Assembly: GCA_965116495.1 (NCBI GenBank)
Contig: OZ220696.1
Location: forward strand, 4,011,018-4,075,017
Direction: 5' to 3'
From: Gammaproteobacteria bacterium
GTDB taxonomy: Bacteria; Pseudomonadota; Gammaproteobacteria; Eutrophobiales; Eutrophobiaceae
Length of the DNA: 64,000 nucleotides
Part shown: positions 56,464 through 64,000 of the stretch, piece after piece
Numbering within the stretch: the first letter of the stretch is position 1
How the letters are laid out: each line of letters starts with the position of its first letter
Notes under the pieces: generated by a model
What the model saw: only the letters and a program-made list of their open reading frames with translations
Database searches by the model: none
Told to the model about the DNA's origin: nothing
Position numbers and translations under genes: made by a program

Positions 56464-57675
56464 TCATGCCTGTTGAGCATCACTTACAGCCTTTGGCAGG
56501 CTGATCTGCAGCAGTACCCAGGCAGCCAGCGCGGACAGCAACGAACCCACCAGAATGCCCAGGCGGTCGCCGCTGAAATAGGCGCCGCTCCCGTGTTCAA
56601 AAGCCAGGCCGGCGATAAACAGGCTCATGGTGAAGCCGATACCACAGGCGCAGGCCGCGCCGAGAAGCTGCATCCAGTTGACGTCTTTCGGCAACCGCGC
56701 CAGACCCAGGGCTACGGCAAGGCCGGTGAAGATGATGATGCCGAGCGGTTTGCCTAGTACCAGACCGGTTGTCACGCCCAGTGTGACGGGATGCACCAGT
56801 GCATCCAGTGATATTCCTGACAGGGACAGCCCGGCATTGACAAAGGCAAACGCCGGGAGAATTACGAACGCGACGGGTTCGTGCAGGTTATGTTCCAGTT
56901 CGCGCAAGGGGCAGTGCCCCTCTTTATCCCGCATCGGTATGCAAAATGCGATGAGAACGCCAGCCAGTGTCGCATGGACCCCGGATTTCAGCACGGCGAT
57001 CCACAGGACTACCCCCAGCAATATGTAGCTGGAAGTACTCGTCACTTCCATGCGGTTCATGCCAGCCGCGATGCCGAGTGTGACAGCGCCGATAACCAGC
57101 ATGGCGGGAGAGAGATCTGCAGAATAGAACAGCGCGATGATGACGATGGCGGCAAGATCATCCAGTATCGCCAGCGTAAGCAAAAAAACCTTGAGGGACA
57201 CAGGGACCCTGGCGCCGAAAGACCCCAGCAGGGCGAGCGCGAAGGCGATGTCGGTCGCGACCGGGATTGCCCAGCCGTCCAATGCCACGGCATCTCCCAG
57301 GTTGAGCCAGATATATATGGATGCGGGCACAACCATGCCGCCCAGCGCGCCCATTCCCGGCAAAATCACCTGGTCGAAAGAGGACAGCTCACCATCCATG
57401 ATCTCGCGCTTGATTTCGAGCCCTATCAGGAAAAAGAACACTGCCATGAGCCCGTCATTTACCCAGAGCAGCAGCGGCTTGTTGATGACCAGGTTACCGA
57501 CCTGGACCGCAATCGTCATATCGATAAGGGCCGCATAGATGCCCGATAACGGCGAGTTGGCTATCAGCATGGCGATGACGACGCAGATGGTAAGCAGAAC
57601 GCCGCCGGCAGTCTCAAGTTGCAGAAACTCGCGCAACGCGTCCGCCATGGTTGGTGTCTGTTTTCGTGTTTCCAT
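56464..57675 (-). CDS. nhaA: Na+/H+ antiporter NhaA
   Basis: FFFLIGLEIKREI and a conserved DD-containing TM region (LAILDDLAAI); 403 aa. Confidence 0.93.
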   Translation of the reverse strand: METRKQTPTMADALREFLQLETAGGVLLTICVVIAMLIANSPLSGIYAALIDMTIAVQVGNLVINKPLLLWVNDGLMAVFFFLIGLEIKREIMDGELSSFDQVILPGMGALGGMVVPASIYIWLNLGDAVALDGWAIPVATDIAFALALLGSFGARVPVSLKVFLLTLAILDDLAAIVIIALFYSADLSPAMLVIGAVTLGIAAGMNRMEVTSTSSYILLGVVLWIAVLKSGVHATLAGVLIAFCIPMRDKEGHCPLRELEHNLHEPVAFVILPAFAFVNAGLSLSGISLDALVHPVTLGVTTGLVLGKPLGIIIFTGLAVALGLARLPKDVNWMQLLGAACACGIGFTMSLFIAGLAFEHGSGAYFSGDRLGILVGSLLSALAAWVLLQISLPKAVSDAQQA

Positions 57676-57676
57676 G

Positions 57677-57850
57677 CTAGCCGGGTATTTTGACCAGTAT
57701 CACTGAGATATTATCCTTAGCGCCGTTTTCGTTAGCCGTCTGCACCAGTTCCGCGGCGGTTTGCGCAAGTTTGCCCCTGTCGGCGAGGGCTGAGATAGTA
57801 ATGTTCCCGGCAGCGCTTACGGTACCGGTTGGGGGAAGACGCCCGGGTCT
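57677..57850 (-). pseudogene. PP2C-type Ser/Thr phosphatase remnant (C-terminal ~45 codons)
   Basis: The minus strand reads ...ISALADRGKLAQTAAELVQTANENGAKDNISVILVKIPG*, the typical PP2C C-terminal DNI(T/S)V motif. I found no usable in-frame ATG/GTG start in the fragment, and no minus-strand ORF of 60 aa or more is listed here. Confidence 0.5.
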
Positions 57851-57851
57851 G

Positions 57852-58175
57852 TTAACGCTCCAGGTATTGGAGCTTGCCTTCTGTCTCTTTCCAGTCGTCC
57901 GCGTCGGCAGGCGCGTCCTTCATTTCGTTGATGACAGGCCATTCCCTGGAGAGTTCTGCATTCAGTGCTATGAATTTCTGCTGGCTTTCGTCAACGTCTT
58001 CATCAGACATGATGGCTTCTACCGGGCATTCGGGTTCACACAAGGTGCAGTCAATACATTCGTCGGGGTCGATAACCAGCATATTCGGACCTTCATGGAA
58101 GCAATCGACCGGGCACACTTCCACGCAATCAGTATATTTACACTTGATGCAGCTTTCTACGACGATAAAGGGCAT
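57852..58175 (-). CDS. fdxA: 7Fe ferredoxin (Azotobacter type)
   Basis: [18 protein letters not shown] ... [12 protein letters not shown]. Confidence 0.93.
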   Translation of the reverse strand: MPFIVVESCIKCKYTDCVEVCPVDCFHEGPNMLVIDPDECIDCTLCEPECPVEAIMSDEDVDESQQKFIALNAELSREWPVINEMKDAPADADDWKETEGKLQYLER

Positions 58176-58258
58176 AAGAATATCCTACCATAAGTTAAGT
58201 TACGATATTGTGACTTTGAATTATAGCTTGTTAAATATCATGTGGCCATTACCCGTCA

Positions 58259-60796
58259 TCATTTCAGTTCCCGCAGCCGGTACAATATTTCCAGTGCCTG
58301 TTTAGGCGTGACGGCATCGGGGTCGATCTCTTTCAATACTTCCCGCAGCTCGTCGGGTTGCTGGAACAAGTCCTGTTGCGGTATGTCCGGTAGCAGGTCT
58401 ACGGTATTTTTTTCCATGATGCTGAGTTGGTGGTTCGCTTGGTTAATGACCGCACGGGGAATGCCCGCCAGTTGCGCCACCTGGATCCCGTAACTCCTGT
58501 TTGTGGCGCCGGGTTTGACCGTATACAGGAATACGACCTCATTATTATGTTTGATCGCGTCCAGGTGTGCGTTCTGTACGGTATCCATGATCTCGGGCAA
58601 ACTGGTCAATTCGAAATAATGGGTGGCGAACAGCGTAAACGCCCGGATCTTGTTTGCCAGGTAGACCGCGCAGGCCCAGGCCAGGGCCAAGCCGTCGTAA
58701 GTGCTGGTGCCGCGGCCTATCTCGTCTATCAATACCAAGCTCCTGTCCGTCGCGTTGTTCAGGATAGTTGCGGTTTCCACCATTTCGGCCATGAAGGTGG
58801 ATTTCCCGGAGGTGATATCATCGACCGCGCCGATACGGGTGAAGATACGGTCAACAGGGCCCAGGACTGCCTTATCTGCCGGTACGAAACTGCCGATATG
58901 CGCCAGCAGCGTGATGAGCGCAGTCTGGCGCATGTATGTGGATTTCCCCCCCATATTCGGGCCTGTAATCAGCAGCATACTGGTAGCTTCGTCCAGCCGG
59001 ATATCGTTGGCCATAAAGGGGCTGGCCTGTAACCGTTCGATGACGGCGTGACGGCCCGCCCGGATATCGAGCCCGGGGGTCTCGACGAATTCAGGTTGAC
59101 AATAATCAAGCAGGTCGGCCCGTTCCGCAAAACAGGCCAGCACGTCCGTTTCGGAAAGCGCTGCGGCGGTTGTCTGCAGGGCGGCCAGTTCGGTACAGAT
59201 GCGCTCCAGGACCTGCTCATACAACACTTTTTCCCGCGCCAGTGCGCGCTCCTTTGCACTCAGTACCTTATCTTCGAAGTCTTTCAGTTCCGCAGTAATG
59301 AAACGTTCCGTGGATTTCAGGGTTTGCCGCCTGTGATATTGCTCCGGGACGGCTTCGCTGTGTAACCGGGAAACTTCTATGTAGTAGCCGTGTACGCGGT
59401 TAAATCCCACTTTCAGCGTGGGGATGCCGGTATGTTCCCGCTCGCGTTCTTCAAGCGAATTCAGGAAGGTCCCGGCATCACGGCCCAGTTGCCGCAACTG
59501 GTCCAGTTCAGTGTCGAAACCATCGGCGATCACACCGCCGTCCCGGATACTTGCCGCCGGTGTTTCCGCCAGCGCATCTCCCAGGAACGTCTTTAAGCCG
59601 GGGAATACCCGGATCAGGCCGTTAAGTTCATTCAGGCGCGGGCTGTTCACGGCCGCCAGCGTTGATTTCAGGTCCGGCAGCCGGAGCAGTGATTTGTGCA
59701 GTTGCGCCAGGTCACGGGGGCGGGCGGATTTCAGGGCTACCCGCGCCAGGATGCGTTCCAGGTCATTAACGTGTTTCAATGATTCGTGTACGGCAACGTA
59801 AGTTTTGCCGGTTGACAGGTGGTTAACGGCGTCATGGCGCAGGCGCAGGGTCTGCTGGTCGCGCAGGGGCCGGTTCAGCCAGCGCTTCAGCAGCCGGCTG
59901 CCCATAGTTGTCGCCGTCATGTCCAGTACGCCCAGCAGGCTGTTTGCTTTCCTGCCGCTGAGGTCCTGCTCAAGTTCCAGGTTGCGGCGGGTGACGGCAT
60001 CGAGGATGATGCTGTCCGAACGGTATTCTACCTTGATCGGTTGCAGGTGCAGCAGCGCCGTGCTCTGGGTTTCATTGACGTATTGCAACAGGGCTCCTGC
60101 CGCCGCAGTTGCCGCCGCCAACCCGGAACATTCCAGTTCACTTACCTGGTATTGCCGCTTGATGAGGTTTACCGCAGCAGCAAGGTCGAAGTGCCAGGCA
60201 GCGCGGGATACCACACTGCTACAGGAAATATCCGGGTCCTGTTTCAGTCCGCTGTCTTCACTCATCAACAGTTCCGCGGGTTGCAGGCGCGCCAACTCGT
60301 CCCGCATCGAGCCCGTATCGGAGGTCTGGCTGAGTGTGAAGCGGCCGTCAGCCAGGTTCAGACTGGCGATACCCTGCTCATTTGCGAGGACATGAACGCA
60401 TACCAGCAGGTTATCGGTCTTTTCCTCCAGTAACAGTTCGTCGGTGACGGTACCGGGCGTGACTACGCGGGTGACCTTTCTCTCAACCGGGCCTTTGGCC
60501 AGCGCCGGATCGCCGATTTGTTCGCATATCGCGACCGATTCACCCAGCCGGATTAATTTCGCCAGGTAAGAATCAACAGCATGGTAGGGCACGCCTGCCA
60601 TGGGTATGACCTGGTTGTCAGACCTGCCCCGGGAGGTCAGGGTAATGTCAAGCAAGCGCGCAGCCTTGCGCGCGTCTTCAAAAAACAACTCGTAGAAATC
60701 ACCCATGCGAAACAGCAGCAGGATATCTGGATAATCAGCCTTGAAACCCAGGTATTGCTGCATGACCGGGGTGTGCGCGGAGTTGTTTGCGGGCAT
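58259..60796 (-). CDS. mutS: DNA mismatch repair protein MutS
   Basis: HTPVMQQYL, mismatch-binding GDFYELF and Walker [12 protein letters not shown]. Confidence 0.95.
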   Translation of the reverse strand: MPANNSAHTPVMQQYLGFKADYPDILLLFRMGDFYELFFEDARKAARLLDITLTSRGRSDNQVIPMAGVPYHAVDSYLAKLIRLGESVAICEQIGDPALAKGPVERKVTRVVTPGTVTDELLLEEKTDNLLVCVHVLANEQGIASLNLADGRFTLSQTSDTGSMRDELARLQPAELLMSEDSGLKQDPDISCSSVVSRAAWHFDLAAAVNLIKRQYQVSELECSGLAAATAAAGALLQYVNETQSTALLHLQPIKVEYRSDSIILDAVTRRNLELEQDLSGRKANSLLGVLDMTATTMGSRLLKRWLNRPLRDQQTLRLRHDAVNHLSTGKTYVAVHESLKHVNDLERILARVALKSARPRDLAQLHKSLLRLPDLKSTLAAVNSPRLNELNGLIRVFPGLKTFLGDALAETPAASIRDGGVIADGFDTELDQLRQLGRDAGTFLNSLEEREREHTGIPTLKVGFNRVHGYYIEVSRLHSEAVPEQYHRRQTLKSTERFITAELKDFEDKVLSAKERALAREKVLYEQVLERICTELAALQTTAAALSETDVLACFAERADLLDYCQPEFVETPGLDIRAGRHAVIERLQASPFMANDIRLDEATSMLLITGPNMGGKSTYMRQTALITLLAHIGSFVPADKAVLGPVDRIFTRIGAVDDITSGKSTFMAEMVETATILNNATDRSLVLIDEIGRGTSTYDGLALAWACAVYLANKIRAFTLFATHYFELTSLPEIMDTVQNAHLDAIKHNNEVVFLYTVKPGATNRSYGIQVAQLAGIPRAVINQANHQLSIMEKNTVDLLPDIPQQDLFQQPDELREVLKEIDPDAVTPKQALEILYRLRELK

Positions 60797-60816
60797 AGGC
60801 TTATTCTGCTTACAAA

Positions 60817-60841
60817 GGGGACGGACTTCAAGTCCGTCCCC
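60817..60841. repeat. REP family B variant palindrome
   Basis: ggggacggacttcaagtccgtcccc. Confidence 0.75.
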
Positions 60842-60863
60842 TTTGTCAGTCTCTCCGTATTCA

Positions 60864-60905
60864 GGGCCAGAGTAAAACTCCTGGCGTGAGTTTTACTCTG
60901 GCCCC
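60864..60905. repeat. REP family A variant
   Basis: gggccagagtaaaactcctggcgtgagttttactctggcccc. Confidence 0.8.
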
Positions 60906-60961
60906 AAACTTCCCGGGCCGGCATGGAGAAGGGCTTAAACCGTCATTATTACGCAATTACA

Positions 60962-60990
60962 CTTGAAATTCTGCATCGTCAACCCCAGAT
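60962..60990 (+). promoter_or_regulatory. Sigma32 (RpoH) heat-shock promoter of htpG
   Basis: CTTGAAA-14 nt-CCCCAGAT closely matches the CTTGAAA-N13-15-CCCCATNT consensus. It ends 38 nt upstream of the htpG ATG. Confidence 0.7.
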
Positions 60991-61027
60991 AAGGCACTTG
61001 AACACTCTGAGTAATAATGGGGACACC

Positions 61028-62938
61028 ATGACTGTAGATACGAAAAAAGAAGCGCTTGGTTTTCAGACCGAGGTCCAGCAATTACTGGACCTGATGATCC
61101 ATTCCTTATACAGCAACCAGGAGATCTTTCTGCGCGAGCTGATCTCAAACGCCTCCGATGCAGCCGACAGGTTGCGCTTCGAGGGATTGCAGGACGACAG
61201 CCTGTTCGAAGACGATCCGGAATTGAATATCAGGGTCGAGTATAACAAGACCCAGAAAACCATTACCGTCCTGGATAACGGCATCGGGATGTCCAGGCAG
61301 GAGGTGGTCGATAACCTGGGAACCATCGCCAAGTCGGGTTCCAGGCAGTTTTTCGAGTCATTGACAGGTGACCAGACCAGGGATACACAGCTGATTGGCC
61401 AGTTCGGCGTGGGGTTTTACTCTTCCTTTATCGTTGCCGAGAAGGTGGAGGTCATCAGCCGCCGCGCCGGTCTACCCCGGGAGGAAGGCGTGCGCTGGTC
61501 TTCCGACGGCAAGAGCGAATATACCGTGGAGAGTATCGATCGGCCGAAGCGGGGGACCAAGGTGGTATTGTATTTACGCAAGGAGGCCGGGGAATTCCTG
61601 GACGGCTACCGGTTGCGCAGCATTATCAACAAGTATTCGGACCACATCTCCCTGCCCGTCGTCATGCCGAAAGAAGGTGAGGACGAAAAGGGGGAGGAGA
61701 CGGTCAACGCGGCAAAGGCATTGTGGACGCGCAATAAAAAGGACATCAAGGAGGAGGAATACAACGAGTTCTATAAAACCGTGTCCCACGATTTTGAAGA
61801 CCCGCTTTGTCATATCCACAACAAGGTGGAAGGCAAGCTGGAATATACCAGCCTGTTGTTCATCCCCACTCGCGCACCGTTCGATTTATGGGACCGGGAA
61901 CAACGCCACGGCGTAAAACTGTATGTGAAGCGCGTCTTTATCATGGATGACGCAAAACAGTTATTGCCCTCATACCTGCGCTTCGTAAAAGGGGTGGTGG
62001 ATTCCGATGACCTGCCGTTGAATATCTCCAGGGAAATACTGCAACAGAACAGGATCATTGAAACCATCCGTTCCGGATGCACAAAAAAGATACTGGACCT
62101 GTTGAAAAAACTGGCGGACAAGGAACCGGACCAGTACAAACAGTTCTGGCAGACCTTCGGCCGGGTCTTGAAGGAAGGCATCATCGATGCGCACGATAAA
62201 CGCGAGGAACTTGCAAAACTGTTCCGCTTCAAGTCAACCCATGAAGACACGGAGGAGGAAACAGTCTCCCTGGACGATTATATCGCCAGGATGAAGGAGG
62301 GACAGAAAGCTGTTTATTACGTGACTGCGGAAAATTATGCCACTGCAAAAAACAGCCCTCACCTTGAGATTTTCGAGAAGGAAAAGATTGAAGTCCTGCT
62401 GCTGACCGACCCAATCGACGAGTGGCTGGTTACCCACCTGACTGAATACGGGGAAAAACCGCTGACGTCGGTGAACAAGGGTGAGTTGGACCTGGGTGAT
62501 CTGGCCAGCGGGAAAAGCGGGGATCAAACCGAAGAAACTGCGGATGACAAGCTGGACGATCTCACCAAACGTATCGGGAAAGTGCTGGATGAGCGGGTAA
62601 AAGAAGTCCGCATCACTCGGCGCCTGACCGAGTCTCCGGCCTGCCTGGTGGCTGACGAGCATGAAATGGGGCGCCACCTGGAGCAGATACTGAAGGCATC
62701 GGGCCAGGAAATACCCGGTTCAAAACCCATACTGGAAATCAACCCGGGCCATCCCATAGTCGGGAAACTGGAGAACGAAACGGATGAAAACCGCTTCGGG
62801 GACTGGGCCAATATCCTGTATGAGCAGGCGCTGTTAAGTGAAGGCGGGCAACTGGAGGATCCGGCCGGGTTTGTACACCGGCTCAACAGTATCTTCCTGG
62901 AACTGAACCAGGCGGTCAGCCCAGGTCAAAAAACCTGA
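61028..62938 (+). CDS. htpG: Molecular chaperone HtpG (Hsp90)
   Basis: FQTEVQQLLDLMIHSLYSNQEIFLRELISNASDA. The start is trimmed to MTVDTKK within ORF 60923. Confidence 0.95.
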   Translation: MTVDTKKEALGFQTEVQQLLDLMIHSLYSNQEIFLRELISNASDAADRLRFEGLQDDSLFEDDPELNIRVEYNKTQKTITVLDNGIGMSRQEVVDNLGTIAKSGSRQFFESLTGDQTRDTQLIGQFGVGFYSSFIVAEKVEVISRRAGLPREEGVRWSSDGKSEYTVESIDRPKRGTKVVLYLRKEAGEFLDGYRLRSIINKYSDHISLPVVMPKEGEDEKGEETVNAAKALWTRNKKDIKEEEYNEFYKTVSHDFEDPLCHIHNKVEGKLEYTSLLFIPTRAPFDLWDREQRHGVKLYVKRVFIMDDAKQLLPSYLRFVKGVVDSDDLPLNISREILQQNRIIETIRSGCTKKILDLLKKLADKEPDQYKQFWQTFGRVLKEGIIDAHDKREELAKLFRFKSTHEDTEEETVSLDDYIARMKEGQKAVYYVTAENYATAKNSPHLEIFEKEKIEVLLLTDPIDEWLVTHLTEYGEKPLTSVNKGELDLGDLASGKSGDQTEETADDKLDDLTKRIGKVLDERVKEVRITRRLTESPACLVADEHEMGRHLEQILKASGQEIPGSKPILEINPGHPIVGKLENETDENRFGDWANILYEQALLSEGGQLEDPAGFVHRLNSIFLELNQAVSPGQKT

Positions 62939-63911
62939 CCGCATTTTCGCCCGACAACCTGGCTTTTGTCCCGGGGCTGAATACGGTTGAGTTTTTAATC
63001 AGGGAGCCGATGCGCTGTTCCCCCAGCGGGAACGGATAATCGGAACCCAGCATGACGCGTTCTTCCCCCATGACATGCACCAGCAGGGCCAGGGCGTTCT
63101 CATCAAACACGGCCGAGTCCGTGTAAAACCGGTCGGTATACCGGGACGGTGGATGGGGGCAGTCCTGGCGGATGATGTCCCGGTTGTGCCAGGCGTTTTC
63201 CACACGGCCGAGCAGGAAGGCAAAGCTGCCGCCGCCGTGGGCAAAACAGATGCGCAATGTCTCCGGCAGGCGTTCAAATGCGCCCGACAATATCAGGGAA
63301 AGAATCGATAACTGTGTTTCAGCCGGCATAGCCACCAGCCATTGCAGCATGTACCTCGGCATACGCTCCCGCGCCATCATGTCCCAGGGGTGGACCAGCA
63401 CTGCCGCCCGTTCCGCGGCGCAATGCTGCAGGAAGGTAACCAGTCCCTCGTCGTCCAGGTTCCTGAGTTCAACATGATTGCCGATTTGCACCCCCAGGTG
63501 CCCGGCTTCCATCGCCCGGCTGACTTCTTTGCAGGATGCATCTATGTCCTGCAGCGGTACCTGGCACAGCGATTTTAACCGGCCGGCGTTGTACGCGCAG
63601 ATCTCCAGGGCCATGTCGTTCAGCAGCCTGGCACATTCCAGCGCCTGGTGCGCCGGTTTTTCATAGGCAAATAACAACGGGGTTGCGCACATCACCTGGA
63701 TATCGACGCCGTCACGGTCCATTTCCTCCAGCCTGAGTCCAGGGCTCCAGCAGGCTTCATATACCGGCCGGTAGTCTTCCTTGCCGAGGGTGATCATGCC
63801 CTTGCCCGGTCCGGTATGGCGGAAACCCGGCCAATCCCCGCCGAAGCGGGCGGATAAATCAGGGATATTGTCAGGGTAGAAATGACTGTGGATATCTACA
63901 ACCGGTGTCAT
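62916..63911 (-). CDS. Amidohydrolase-2 family decarboxylase (ACMSD-like)
   Basis: VDIHSHFYP metal-binding start and AHGGG. It is ATGA-coupled to an upstream gene whose C-terminus looks like 3-hydroxyanthranilate dioxygenase. Confidence 0.72.
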   Translation of the reverse strand: MTPVVDIHSHFYPDNIPDLSARFGGDWPGFRHTGPGKGMITLGKEDYRPVYEACWSPGLRLEEMDRDGVDIQVMCATPLLFAYEKPAHQALECARLLNDMALEICAYNAGRLKSLCQVPLQDIDASCKEVSRAMEAGHLGVQIGNHVELRNLDDEGLVTFLQHCAAERAAVLVHPWDMMARERMPRYMLQWLVAMPAETQLSILSLILSGAFERLPETLRICFAHGGGSFAFLLGRVENAWHNRDIIRQDCPHPPSRYTDRFYTDSAVFDENALALLVHVMGEERVMLGSDYPFPLGEQRIGSLIKNSTVFSPGTKARLSGENAVRFFDLG

Positions 63912-64000
63912 ACGACAACCCAGCCTTCCGGTGGATACCTGCCGGGGTGCAATGCCTTGCAGGCGGGACAGGTGCGTAGTGTTTCATCGTTGAAGAACTG
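63908..64000 (-). CDS. Partial CDS (C-terminal 30 codons), possibly 3-hydroxyanthranilate 3,4-dioxygenase
   Basis: The minus strand reads QFFNDETLRTCPACKALHPGRYPPEGWVVV* with a CxxC rubredoxin-like site. The call rests mainly on context with the ACMSD-like gene. Confidence 0.4.
   Translation of the reverse strand, partial: QFFNDETLRTCPACKALHPGRYPPEGWVVV

Noticed and set aside
57690-58193. 167-aa plus-strand ORF spanning the fdxA region
   Set aside because: It is antisense to fdxA, which has an unambiguous 7Fe ferredoxin Cys pattern, and to the PP2C remnant.

Overview
This is a 64-kb chromosomal window from a gammaproteobacterium-like genome. G+C looks moderately high by eye and gene order resembles Pseudomonas/Chromatiales. 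Most of it is conserved housekeeping backbone: ybaB-recR, orn, dapD-dapC, leuB-asd-fimV-truA-trpFBA-accD-folC-dedD-cvpA-purF, phaR-phaA, lpd-sucB-sucA divergent from gltA-mdh, rppH, dps, mpl, nth, nhaA, fdxA-mutS and htpG. Three accessory segments interrupt it. (1) 3.0-9.5 kb is a metabolic/uptake cluster (FAD oxidoreductase, C-N hydrolase, TonB-dependent receptor, PhyH dioxygenase) bracketed by REP-like palindromes. (2) 9.6-22.0 kb is an island with an intact AbiE type IV TA pair, an orphan vapB with a truncated vapC, an intact IS1634-family element, an orphan higA with an 18-codon higB stump, and a czcCBA metal-efflux operon preceded by a BlaI/BlaR1-type regulator pair with twin 17-bp palindromes. 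(3) 52.3-56.5 kb is an AT-rich islet between nth and nhaA. It carries a two-gene restriction-modification-like cassette (PD-(D/E)xK nuclease candidate plus a 741-aa Zn-ribbon DUF1156/COG1743-like DPPY methyltransferase), apparently inserted into a now frameshifted ParE/RelE toxin gene next to a chimeric antitoxin. That cassette and the BlaI/BlaR1-czc circuit are the best candidates for undescribed biology. At least four families of palindromic REP/MITE-like repeats are scattered through the intergenic regions. I found no rRNA, tRNA or CRISPR array. All family assignments come from motif recognition by eye, not from database searches.
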